Assembly: GCA_934153655.1 (NCBI GenBank)
Contig: CAKPFH010000001.1
Location: 1 to 62,696 of the forward strand
DNA from: an uncultured Bacilli bacterium
GTDB taxonomy: Bacteria; Bacillota_I; Bacilli_A; RF39; UBA660
Reading direction: 5' to 3'
DNA length: 62,696 bases
The position numbers and the translations under genes were made by a program. Below the pieces are notes generated by a model. The model worked only from the letters and a program-made list of their open reading frames with translations, was not told the DNA's origin and searched no databases. Shown here piece by piece: positions 54,089 through 62,696 of this stretch. Position 1 is the first letter of the stretch; each line of letters starts with the position of its first letter.

Positions 54089-54997
54089 ATGAATAGATAT
54101 AAAATAACTAAAAAATTTCTTATGTTTTGGTGTTTATTTGTTGGACTTGGAGCATTATATGGAAGTATTATGATGTTTATTAATCCAACTGGAAAACTAT
54201 TAGAAATGGATACATTACTACCCTATTTCAAAGTTTTACCTTTTTCTAATATTTTATTTAAAAATTATATTTTTTCCGGAATATCTTTGTTAATAGTAAA
54301 TGGTATTTCTAATGTAATAGCTTTTTATTATTTATTAAAAAATAAAAAAATAGGAATAATTCTTGGAACTATATTTGGTTTTACTCTTATGTTATGGATT
54401 ATTATTCAATTTATAATTTTACCAAGAAATATTTTATCAATTAGTTTTTTTATAATTGGTTTTATTCAACTAATAACTGGTTATATGACTTATGTTTTTT
54501 ACTGCCAAGAAAACTTTAACTTTGATGAAAATGATTATAAAATAAATAAAAATTCTAATACCTTAGTTGTTTATTTTTCCAGAATGGGTTATACCAAGAA
54601 AATTGCTTATGAAATTGCAAATAACAAATATGATATTTTAGAATTAACTACTAAGGAAAAAACTGATAATACAACTGGCTTCTTATGGTGTGGAAGATAT
54701 AATATGCTAAAAGAATATATGCCAATTGATGATATCAAAGTAAATCTTAGTAAATATCAAAAAATAATAATTGTATCTCCTATCTGGGTATTTCAAATAT
54801 CTTCTCCTATCAAAACTTTCTTATTAAAATATAAAAACGATATAAAAGATTGTAGTTATGTAATAACTCATTTCATGAAATACGATTTTAGAAATATTAA
54901 AAATGATTTTAATAAACTCTTAGAAAAAGATAATCAAGAACTAACTTCTATTTGTATAAGATTAGGTAAAGTTAAATATAGAAAGAAAATTAATTAA
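54089..54997 (+). CDS. Membrane protein fused to a flavodoxin-like domain
   Basis: Four N-terminal TM helices followed by LVVYFSRMGYTKKIAYEIA and IIIVSPIWVFQIS (flavodoxin-fold pattern). Confidence 0.55.
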   Translation: MNRYKITKKFLMFWCLFVGLGALYGSIMMFINPTGKLLEMDTLLPYFKVLPFSNILFKNYIFSGISLLIVNGISNVIAFYYLLKNKKIGIILGTIFGFTLMLWIIIQFIILPRNILSISFFIIGFIQLITGYMTYVFYCQENFNFDENDYKINKNSNTLVVYFSRMGYTKKIAYEIANNKYDILELTTKEKTDNTTGFLWCGRYNMLKEYMPIDDIKVNLSKYQKIIIVSPIWVFQISSPIKTFLLKYKNDIKDCSYVITHFMKYDFRNIKNDFNKLLEKDNQELTSICIRLGKVKYRKKIN

Positions 54998-55053
54998 AAA
55001 CATTTTCTTTTTTTTTAATATTTAGATATAATAATTATTATAGAGAGGAGTTT

Positions 55054-56247
55054 ATGAAAAAGAAAGTATTTTTAATATCATTTATTATGGTTATTTTACT
55101 ATCTACTTTTATCTGTATTTATGTTTTTACTAGAAAAGATAATAAGATTAAATTAGATACAACTATCACATCAAGTATTGTTCTTGATATTAATCCTAGT
55201 TTAAAAATAGAACTTAATAAAGAAAACAAAGTTATAAACTTAATTGGATTAAATGAAGATGGTAAAAAAGTTATTATAGATGATTATAAGGGTAAGGTTT
55301 TGGATGAGGTAATTGAAAGTATTTTAGAAAAATCTCATAGTTTAGAATACTTAAAAAATGATACTACTATTTTAGTAAGTGTCGATGGTACTTATAAGGC
55401 AGATGACTTGAAAACTATTATTAGTGAATATTTAGAAAATAAAAGTATTAAAGGAGAAATAATTATTCCTACTATAACTGAAAGTTCCAAAGAAATTGCT
55501 ACTAAGTATAACATAACTGAAAGTAAGGCTTCGTATCTTGAAGAAATAATTAAAGATACATCTCTTAAAATAGAAGATGTAAAAGATATGAGTGTTCAAG
55601 ATGCAAAAGAAAAAGTTCAAGAAGAAATTAAAAAACAAGAAGAAAAAAAACAAGAAGAAAAGAAACAACAAGAACAAAACAAGAATAATACTACTAATAA
55701 CAACAATAATAATAATTCTAGTTCTAGTAGTCTTACTCCCCCAGCCTCTTCTAGAGATACAAGTGGGGCTTGGTGTACATTTAATAAAAATAAACCATAT
55801 AATTATGTTTATGATTATAAAGAATTAATAGGAGAAGCAAAGGTCAGAGAAATTGCTACTAATCATTTAGCAGGTATTTATTTTAAAACAAGCAGCCTTG
55901 CTATTTATGACGATATAAAAGGATCTTACTGTAAAACTTATAAATTTACCGGTTTAAATGATGACTTTAAATATTATTTAACAATTGATTCTGTAACTGG
56001 CAGTATTTTAGAAGAAAGTAAAGAAGAAATGGAAAAACCAAGTATAAGTAAGGATAAAGCCAAAGAAATTGGTTTAACTTATTTTAAACTTCAAGAAAGT
56101 GAATGTGAACTTGTTCAAGCTGATTTAAGTAGCACTTTTACAGTTTTAAAATATACTTTTATAGCAAGATGTAATGGTACTTATTATACAGCTGATATAG
56201 ATGGTAAAACAGGTAGTTTATCAGGTGATAGAACCTGGAAAAATTAA
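55054..56247 (+). CDS. Membrane-anchored protein with PepSY-like domains
   Basis: N-terminal TM, a KKQEE/N/S low-complexity linker, and a C-terminal PepSY-like unit (ISKDKAKEIGL...YTADIDGKTGSL). Confidence 0.55.
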   Translation: MKKKVFLISFIMVILLSTFICIYVFTRKDNKIKLDTTITSSIVLDINPSLKIELNKENKVINLIGLNEDGKKVIIDDYKGKVLDEVIESILEKSHSLEYLKNDTTILVSVDGTYKADDLKTIISEYLENKSIKGEIIIPTITESSKEIATKYNITESKASYLEEIIKDTSLKIEDVKDMSVQDAKEKVQEEIKKQEEKKQEEKKQQEQNKNNTTNNNNNNNSSSSSLTPPASSRDTSGAWCTFNKNKPYNYVYDYKELIGEAKVREIATNHLAGIYFKTSSLAIYDDIKGSYCKTYKFTGLNDDFKYYLTIDSVTGSILEESKEEMEKPSISKDKAKEIGLTYFKLQESECELVQADLSSTFTVLKYTFIARCNGTYYTADIDGKTGSLSGDRTWKN

Positions 56248-56255
56248 GGAGAAAT

Positions 56256-56795
56256 ATGAAAAAATATAAAAAAATTATTATCTTAAGTTCTTTATTATTA
56301 ACCATTGGTTGCACAAAAGAAACCTTAAATGATAAATCAAATAATATAAATTATACTAATAAATATGAATGTGTTAGAAGTGAAAATATAAAAAAATATT
56401 TAGTTGATAAAAGAAATGGAAAAAATAACTTTACTTCAATTGAAGAAGAAAATACTTTAAGAGAAACAAGTCCAATTGCTATTGAAGAAAGGTTTTATAA
56501 AACTTATAATTTTAATGAAGATGGTTCTAAATTATTAAATCAAATTGAAAGAGATACTTTTACTTATTTACTTGACTATGATATGGATAAAGAACTTGAT
56601 TTTTATAAAACTAAATGTGATGGAGTTGAAGAATATGGTTATATAAATTGCAAAATTAGTTTAAAAGATAATGTTATAACTATAACTAAAGAACTAGATT
56701 TAACAAGTGATAAAGTATCAGATGAACTTAAGAATAAAACTCTTGCTATTATTAAAAATGATTACTTTGAAGATGAAGTATACAAATGTAATTAA
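56256..56795 (+). CDS. Lipoprotein
   Basis: The signal peptide ends in the lipobox LLTIGC. Confidence 0.7.
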   Translation: MKKYKKIIILSSLLLTIGCTKETLNDKSNNINYTNKYECVRSENIKKYLVDKRNGKNNFTSIEEENTLRETSPIAIEERFYKTYNFNEDGSKLLNQIERDTFTYLLDYDMDKELDFYKTKCDGVEEYGYINCKISLKDNVITITKELDLTSDKVSDELKNKTLAIIKNDYFEDEVYKCN

Positions 56796-56811
56796 GAGCC
56801 TAGCTCTTTTT

Positions 56812-57081
56812 TTATTTATCTAAATTATCTATTCCTTCTAATATAGCTTTAATAAGTTTATTTAACATCTTAATAATATCATCTTTAGTCATATCATTAT
56901 TAATTTCTCTTTCTTCTAGAACTTGTCTATAAAAAGCATTTGTTGAGATTACTTGAGCTGTTAACATTAACCAATTACCAAGAGCATTTTGTTCATTAGC
57001 AGTCATATCATCAATTAATAAATAACCAACTATGACTGCACTAAAAGAAAATAATTTAGGATCAATATTAGGTAATTTCAT
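56812..57081 (-). CDS. Hypothetical small protein
   Basis: 89-aa ORF. No family was recognised. Confidence 0.45.
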   Translation of the reverse strand: MKLPNIDPKLFSFSAVIVGYLLIDDMTANEQNALGNWLMLTAQVISTNAFYRQVLEEREINNDMTKDDIIKMLNKLIKAILEGIDNLDK

Positions 57082-57129
57082 ATTAAATTATATGAACTTT
57101 TTAAATATTTAAGAAAAGAATTCAAAATA

Positions 57130-57996
57130 TTAGTTTGAATTCTTATTTAAAATATTTTTAATATTAATAGAAGCATTATAAAACTCATTTTTAGAATATT
57201 TTCCTTTATAACTACTTGCTAAATCATTAATAGCATCTTTCATAGTACAATTAGTTTTTATTATTTTATCTATTAATAAACTTTCTAAACTAGGTTCATC
57301 TTCATTTAATATTTCTTTTGCATTTTTCTTAATAACTATAACATATTCACCAAGTTCATGATTAGAATTATTTTCTAATTTAGTAATAACATCTTTTGCT
57401 AAACCATAATATTTCTTTTCAAATTTCTTAGTTAATTCATTTAAAACAACAACATAAGGATTATTCATAGCAACTAAGATATTATTTAAAGTATTAATAA
57501 TTCTTTTAGGAGACTCATATAAAACAATTATTTCTACATCATTTTTATCTATTTCTTTTAGTTTTTCTATTTGTTTAGTATTTTTTCTATCTAAAAAACC
57601 ATAGAAAGCAAAATTATCAATAGATAATCCAGTTAAAGTTAAAGAAGTAATAACAGCAGATGGACCAGGAATTGAATAAACTTCTATATCATTTTTTAGA
57701 GCTTCCTGAACTAATATACTACCAGGATCTGATATACAAGGTGTACCAGCATCAGTTATAATTGCTATATTCATACCATTTTTAAGTAAATCAATTACTT
57801 CTTTGCTTCTTGTTGTTTCATTAAACTTATGATAAGACATTAACTTAGTTTTAATATCTACAGCTTTTAATAAATGAGAAGAATTCCTAGTATCTTCACA
57901 TAAAATAATATCAACATTATTAAGTATTTCTATACTTCTTCTTGTAATATCTAATAAATTACCAATTGGAGTTGCAACAACATATAATATTCCCAT
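57130..57996 (-). CDS. rsmI: 16S rRNA (cytidine1402-2'-O)-methyltransferase RsmI
   Basis: LYVVATPIGNLLDITRRSIEIL..VDIILCEDTR and ITDAGTPCISDPG motifs. Confidence 0.92.
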   Translation of the reverse strand: MGILYVVATPIGNLLDITRRSIEILNNVDIILCEDTRNSSHLLKAVDIKTKLMSYHKFNETTRSKEVIDLLKNGMNIAIITDAGTPCISDPGSILVQEALKNDIEVYSIPGPSAVITSLTLTGLSIDNFAFYGFLDRKNTKQIEKLKEIDKNDVEIIVLYESPKRIINTLNNILVAMNNPYVVVLNELTKKFEKKYYGLAKDVITKLENNSNHELGEYVIVIKKNAKEILNEDEPSLESLLIDKIIKTNCTMKDAINDLASSYKGKYSKNEFYNASINIKNILNKNSN

Positions 57997-57998
57997 AC

Positions 57999-58931
57999 TT
58001 ACCTCTTTTCTAATACTTTAATATTTTCTAAACCACATATATAATCCGGATTATCAGTTATTATATAAATATTATCATGATAATTTTTACTATTTATTAA
58101 ATCTAAATACTTTTCTTTAGAATTAATCGTATAAACAAAATATAACTTATTTTCTTTTAATTTAATTTCATCAAATAAACTATATTTAATAGTAAAACCA
58201 TCTATATCTATATTCATTTTATCTAAATCTGTAGAAGAATTTATTATATATAAATATTTATAATCAGGGTATCTATATTTCATTTCTATTAAAAAATCAT
58301 AACAATCTGTTTGTAAATAAATTCTATCTTTATAATTACTTAATATTTTATCTAGTTCTTCCATGAAAGTTAAATCAACTTTATTAGTTTTAATATCTAT
58401 TATTAATTTTTTATCAGTTTTTTTCATATAAAAAGTAATTAAATTTTTTAATTTTATTAAGTAATTAACATCTTTATTTTTATTTAAATATCTTTCATAA
58501 AGAAATAATAAATCATTACTAGTTAAATCACTTAAATTATAGAGATTAAAATCATTTATAACTAAATCTTCTTCTATATCTGTTAAATCTATAGAAGCAA
58601 TTGATACTTTTAAATCATCTATATTAGTAGATGTATCATGATGTAAAACTAAGGTATTATCACTTGTTAATCTAACATCTATTTCTATTAAATTTACACA
58701 TGGCATTTCGATAGCTTTATTAATTGCTATATAAGAGTTATCTGGATACATTCCTGAAAAACCTCGATGAGCTACTAAATTAGTAGCATGACAAGTAATA
58801 TTTTCATGATTAGAAATAACTTTTAAAGCTGTTTCTTTATTTTTAACTAGTTTTATTCCCTTATTTATAATTAAGAAAGCTAGAGTACAAATAGTTATAT
58901 TTTTAATTCTTTTTCTTGTTTTATCTTTCAT
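57999..58931 (-). CDS. Glycerophosphodiester phosphodiesterase family protein, membrane-anchored
   Basis: N-terminal TM and the GDPD motif VAHRGFSGMYPDNS...IEIDVRLTSDNTLVLHHD. Confidence 0.8.
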   Translation of the reverse strand: MKDKTRKRIKNITICTLAFLIINKGIKLVKNKETALKVISNHENITCHATNLVAHRGFSGMYPDNSYIAINKAIEMPCVNLIEIDVRLTSDNTLVLHHDTSTNIDDLKVSIASIDLTDIEEDLVINDFNLYNLSDLTSNDLLFLYERYLNKNKDVNYLIKLKNLITFYMKKTDKKLIIDIKTNKVDLTFMEELDKILSNYKDRIYLQTDCYDFLIEMKYRYPDYKYLYIINSSTDLDKMNIDIDGFTIKYSLFDEIKLKENKLYFVYTINSKEKYLDLINSKNYHDNIYIITDNPDYICGLENIKVLEKR

Positions 58932-59006
58932 GGTGACCTCTAACTTTATTTTACTATTTTTTTACTTTAAAGTCTAGAAAAAAGTTACTAACTAATAGTT
59001 AATAAC

Positions 59007-62000
59007 TTATACTCTTTTAACATCTAAGTAAACATCTATTCCATTTAAATTAGTAATATCATCTGTTGTTTTTTCAAAGATAAGAGAATCACTTAAAGTT
59101 TCTTTTTTAATAAAATCTATATATCTATCTAATTTTTCTAGTAAGTTAATATCAGCATAATAGTAAATATAAATTCTATCTGTTATATTAAAGTCTTTTA
59201 CCTTTCTTAAGTTTTGAACTTTACTAATTAGTTCTCTGGCTATTCCTTCATTTATTAAATCATCTGTTAAAGTTGTATTTAAGATGATAAATGAATTATT
59301 AATAACACCTGAGTTGTATCCTTCTTTTGAGTTTACCCTTATATCTAACATTTCTTTATTAAGATCGTAGTTAGTATTATTTAAAGTAATAGTAATTACT
59401 TCATCATTTTCAAGACGTTTAATTGTTTCTTTATCAAGTTTTTGTAAATATTCTGTTAATGATTTAATATTAGAACCAAATAATTTACCACATACTTTAA
59501 AGTTAGGTTTAATTTCAAAGTTAATATAAGAATCTATTTCATTTGTAAATACTACTTTTTTAACATTTAATTCTTCTTCAATTAAAGTTGTTAAATCACC
59601 TATTAATTTTTCTTGTTTTTTATCAAGTATTACTTCACTTAGTGGTTCACGAACCTTTATTTTAACATCTTCTCTTATCTTTCTTCCAAGAGAAATTAAA
59701 TCACGAACGGTATCCATTTTTTCTTCTAATTTAAGATCAATTAAACCATCATCATATTTTGGAAAATCAGCAAGATGAACACTTTCTTCATCAGTTAACT
59801 TAGTATATAAGTTTTCTGATACAAATGGAACAATTGGAGCTATCATTTTAGATAGACCTACTAAGACATTGTAAGTTGTTTTATAAACTGCCTTTTTACT
59901 ATTATCTAATTTGCTTGCCCAGAAACGATTTCTATTTCTTCTTATATACCAGTTAGATAAATCATCTGAAACAAAGACTACAAGAGCACGTACTACTTTA
60001 TTTAAATCATATTCTTCATAGGAATTAGTTACGTATTTAAGTAATTTATTATATTTAGATAATAACCATTTATCTATTTCTTCTAAATCTTCGTATTTAA
60101 CTTCAAATTCACGGGGGTCAACACTATCAATATTAGCATAAGTTTGGAAGAAAGTATAAGTATTTAATAAAGGATTAAAGAATTTAGAATAAACTTCTTT
60201 TAGACCTTCTTCATCAAATTTTAAAGGTGTCCAAACAGGAGATACGTATGGAAGATAAAATCTAACTGTGTCGGCTCCATATTTTTCAATAGTTGAGAAT
60301 GGTTCAACAATATTTCCTTTAGATTTACTCATCTTTTTACCTTCTTTATCAAGAAGTAAGTCGTTTACTAAAACATTTTTATAAGGAGCTACACCTTTTA
60401 AGAAAACAGATATAACAATTAATGAATAGAACCAACCTCTTGTTTGATCAATTCCTTCTGAGATGAAGTCTGCTGGAAATTGCGTTTGCCATAATTTCAT
60501 ATTTTCAAATGGATAATGATACTGAGCAAATGGCATAGAACCAGAGTCAAACCAACAATCAATTACATCTTTTACTCTATTCATAGTTTTACCACATTTT
60601 GGACATTTAATATGAATCTCATCAACATAAGGACGATGTAATTCAATAGTTTCATCAATATCTTCAATTGACTTTTCAACTAATTCTTTTCTTGAACCTA
60701 TCATTTCATCATGACCACATTCACATCTCCATAAAGGAAGAGGTGTTCCCCAATATCTACTTCTTGAAATTGCCCAGTCATTTAAATTTTCTAGCCAATT
60801 ACCAAATCTTTTTTCTCCAACATATTCAGGATACCAATTAACATGTTTATTAGCTTCCACGATTTTATCTTTTAATTTAGTAACTTCTAGATAAAAACTT
60901 GGTTTAGAATAATATAAAAGTGGTGTTCCACATCTCCAACAATGAGGATAATTATGAACCATTTTTTGTTTTTTAAATAATTTATCATTAGCTTTTAAAT
61001 ATTTAATAACTTCTAAATCAGCTTCAAAAACACTCATACCTTTCCATAAACCATCAGTATATTTTCCATCTTCTCCAACTGGGTTAACATATGGTAAATG
61101 ATATTTTTTACCTACTTTTGAGTCATCTTCACCAAAGGCTGGAGCAAGGTGAACAATACCAGTTCCATCTTCCATGGTAACATAATTATCAACTGTTACA
61201 TAAAAAGCCTTACCAGGAATATTTAAACTTGGTATTAATTGTTCATATTCCATATATTCTAAATCTTTACCCTTGTATTCTTCAAGGATTTCATACTCGT
61301 CTCCTAATACTTTACTAGCAAGATTTTTACCTAAGATAAATTTATAACCTTTACTTAAAACTTTAACATAATCTTCATCTGGATTTACACATAAAGCAAC
61401 GTTAGCAATTAAAGTCCATGGAGTTGTTGTCCAAACTAAGAAGTATGCATCTTCATCTTTTTTCTTCATTGGAACAATTACTGTTTGAGCTTCAACTTCT
61501 TTATAGCCTTGAGCAACTTCATGACTTGCAAGACCTGTTCCACAACGAGTACAATAAGGTACTATTTTAACTCCTTCATAGAATAATCCTTCTTCAAAAA
61601 ATTTCTTTAAAATATACCACTCAGTTTCAATATAATTATTATCATAAGTAACATATGGATGTTTAAGATCAACAAATTGTCCCATCTTGGTTGTTAAATC
61701 AGAGAATGCCTTTTCATTTTTCCAAACTATTTCTCTACATTTTTCATTAAATTCTTTAATTCCATATTTTTCAATATCAGTTTTATTTTTAAAACCAAGA
61801 GTCTTTTCAACTTCAACTTCAACAGGTAAACCATGAGTATCCCATCCTACTTTACGAAGAACTTTATAACCTTGCATTGTTTTATATTTACAAAAACTAT
61901 CTTTTAAAAACTTAGCAACCATATGGTGAAGTCCTGGAAAACCATTAGCAGTTGCAGGTCCATCGTAAAAAACAAAATACTTATCATTTTTTTCAATACA

Positions 62001-62087
62001 TCTATCAAGAATATGCATTTTTTCCCATTTTTCACTTATAGACTTTTCAACTTCACTTGTTTTAACTTTTTCTAATTCTTTAAACAT
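59007..62087 (-). CDS. ileS: Isoleucine--tRNA ligase (type 2-like by length)
   Basis: Contains FYDGPATANGFPGLHH (HIGH region), WTTTPWTL, WAISRSRYWGTPLP and KMSKSKGN. At 1026 aa it has no C-terminal Cys cluster. Confidence 0.97.
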   Translation of the reverse strand: MFKELEKVKTSEVEKSISEKWEKMHILDRCIEKNDKYFVFYDGPATANGFPGLHHMVAKFLKDSFCKYKTMQGYKVLRKVGWDTHGLPVEVEVEKTLGFKNKTDIEKYGIKEFNEKCREIVWKNEKAFSDLTTKMGQFVDLKHPYVTYDNNYIETEWYILKKFFEEGLFYEGVKIVPYCTRCGTGLASHEVAQGYKEVEAQTVIVPMKKKDEDAYFLVWTTTPWTLIANVALCVNPDEDYVKVLSKGYKFILGKNLASKVLGDEYEILEEYKGKDLEYMEYEQLIPSLNIPGKAFYVTVDNYVTMEDGTGIVHLAPAFGEDDSKVGKKYHLPYVNPVGEDGKYTDGLWKGMSVFEADLEVIKYLKANDKLFKKQKMVHNYPHCWRCGTPLLYYSKPSFYLEVTKLKDKIVEANKHVNWYPEYVGEKRFGNWLENLNDWAISRSRYWGTPLPLWRCECGHDEMIGSRKELVEKSIEDIDETIELHRPYVDEIHIKCPKCGKTMNRVKDVIDCWFDSGSMPFAQYHYPFENMKLWQTQFPADFISEGIDQTRGWFYSLIVISVFLKGVAPYKNVLVNDLLLDKEGKKMSKSKGNIVEPFSTIEKYGADTVRFYLPYVSPVWTPLKFDEEGLKEVYSKFFNPLLNTYTFFQTYANIDSVDPREFEVKYEDLEEIDKWLLSKYNKLLKYVTNSYEEYDLNKVVRALVVFVSDDLSNWYIRRNRNRFWASKLDNSKKAVYKTTYNVLVGLSKMIAPIVPFVSENLYTKLTDEESVHLADFPKYDDGLIDLKLEEKMDTVRDLISLGRKIREDVKIKVREPLSEVILDKKQEKLIGDLTTLIEEELNVKKVVFTNEIDSYINFEIKPNFKVCGKLFGSNIKSLTEYLQKLDKETIKRLENDEVITITLNNTNYDLNKEMLDIRVNSKEGYNSGVINNSFIILNTTLTDDLINEGIARELISKVQNLRKVKDFNITDRIYIYYYADINLLEKLDRYIDFIKKETLSDSLIFEKTTDDITNLNGIDVYLDVKRV

Positions 62088-62107
62088 ATTTTCCTCCTAA
62101 CATATAT

Positions 62108-62290
62108 AAAAAAAGGCACTACCAAAGGACGAAAAAACCGTGGTACCACCTTAATTATTAACTTAAAACTATAACGCATTACCGTTTCATATGAACACAT
62201 CAAAAGTGATTTGAATATTACTTATTTATCTATTTTCACCAATCATAGACTCTCTAAAAAACTTATAATACTCCGTCTTTCTCATCTGTT
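62108..62290 (-). promoter_or_regulatory. T-box leader (Ile) of ileS, with terminator/antiterminator
   Basis: The minus strand carries AGAGAGU...GGUGAAAA stem I elements and the T-box core AAGGUGGUACCACGG. A terminator stem GGUGGUACCA/UGGUAGUGCC is followed by U7. The candidate specifier is AUC at 62208-62210. The promoter is TTGATT (62324-62329), 17 nt, TATTAT (62301-62306). Confidence 0.8.
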
Positions 62291-62344
62291 TATGTATTAA
62301 ATAATACCAAACTTTATTAAGAAAATCAAGAGATTTAAGTTTTT

Positions 62345-62696
62345 TTATGATAATTTATATGGATTTTCCATAGTTCCATCGCCACTTTTTATTGAAACAT
62401 TAGAATTTAAATTGATAACTGTGCGCACGCCATAAGTGTAGCTGACAGTGCCCCAATCGCGCAACTCACCAGTCGAGTACACGACCCAAACGCTAGCATA
62501 GGCGTTGTGCTGGGTGAAGTTAGAAGGCGTCATAGTAAACCAAAAATTATTTGTTCTTAAATAATAATCTTCATTTTTATAATTATCCCTTCCCCCAGCA
62601 AGAGAAACTTCATCAGCCATTATTAAAGCAATTGGATATGTTAATTTTCCATTACCAATATTTGTTGAAACACTAAATTTATCTGTTTTTTCACAA
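62345..62696 (-). CDS. Surface protein fragment (5' end beyond the window) with the ...GVRTVINL....GDGT..NPY C-terminal domain
   Basis: The reading frame stays open upstream of the track ATG to the window edge (...CEKTDKFSVSTNIGNGKLTYPIALIMADEV...). The domain is of the same type as the two domains of the 1208-3190 protein and contains a GC-rich patch. Confidence 0.75.
   Translation of the reverse strand, partial: CEKTDKFSVSTNIGNGKLTYPIALIMADEVSLAGGRDNYKNEDYYLRTNNFWFTMTPSNFTQHNAYASVWVVYSTGELRDWGTVSYTYGVRTVINLNSNVSIKSGDGTMENPYKLS

Noticed and set aside
50911-55828. ORFs 50911-51114 (-), 51650-51841 (-), 55432-55677 (-) and 55592-55828 (+).
   Set aside because: They are antisense or out-of-frame overlaps of better-supported plus-strand genes. 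The last two arise from the K/E/N low-complexity repeat of the PepSY-like protein.

Overview
This is a very AT-rich chromosomal segment, roughly a quarter G+C by eye, and it reads under the standard genetic code. It comes from a walled, spore-forming Firmicute: murD, cotE and spoVID/ysxE-like genes are present. The tmRNA tag ends in ...LAFA, and together with the composition this suggests an Erysipelotrichia/Mollicutes-related lineage, which is an inference. Most genes are on the minus strand.

Housekeeping content:
- Genes: rpmF-yceD-nadD, queH, yebC, eno, murD, rdgB, recA, yigZ, a ZIP transporter, nfo, rsmI, and a GDPD-family gene.
- ileS with a T-box leader.
- Two tRNAs and the tmRNA.

Accessory content:
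1. A roughly 21-kb, 11-gene operon (22.6-43.7 kb). F1Fo-derived genes in canonical order (c-like, b/delta-like, alpha, gamma, beta, epsilon) sit among five membrane-anchored proteins, two of them giant (1722 and 2818 aa). Subunit a is absent and the c-like protein lacks the ion-binding carboxylate. I consider this a candidate undescribed ATP-driven surface machine, reminiscent of the mycoplasma F1-like ATPases.
2. Three prepilin-type proteins with the same MKNKKG|FTLVELL leader. One is a 1678-aa giant pilin carrying a near-perfect 2 x 939-bp internal tandem duplication. No pilus assembly genes are in the window.
3. Surface proteins at both window ends with short, sharply GC-rich, NNC-codon patches. 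These look like variable regions of a diversity-generating retroelement (DGR), but no template repeat or reverse transcriptase is in the window.
4. A frameshifted ISL3 element abutting the stop codon of a pilin gene.
5. A Panacea/SocA-type toxin-antitoxin (TA) candidate next to ssrA.
6. An ABC-F gene with a leader-peptide attenuator.
7. A GC-rich structured RNA candidate (6S-like) upstream of a SigF-like sigma factor.

No rRNA genes or CRISPR arrays were seen. All family assignments were made by eye from motifs, without database searches.
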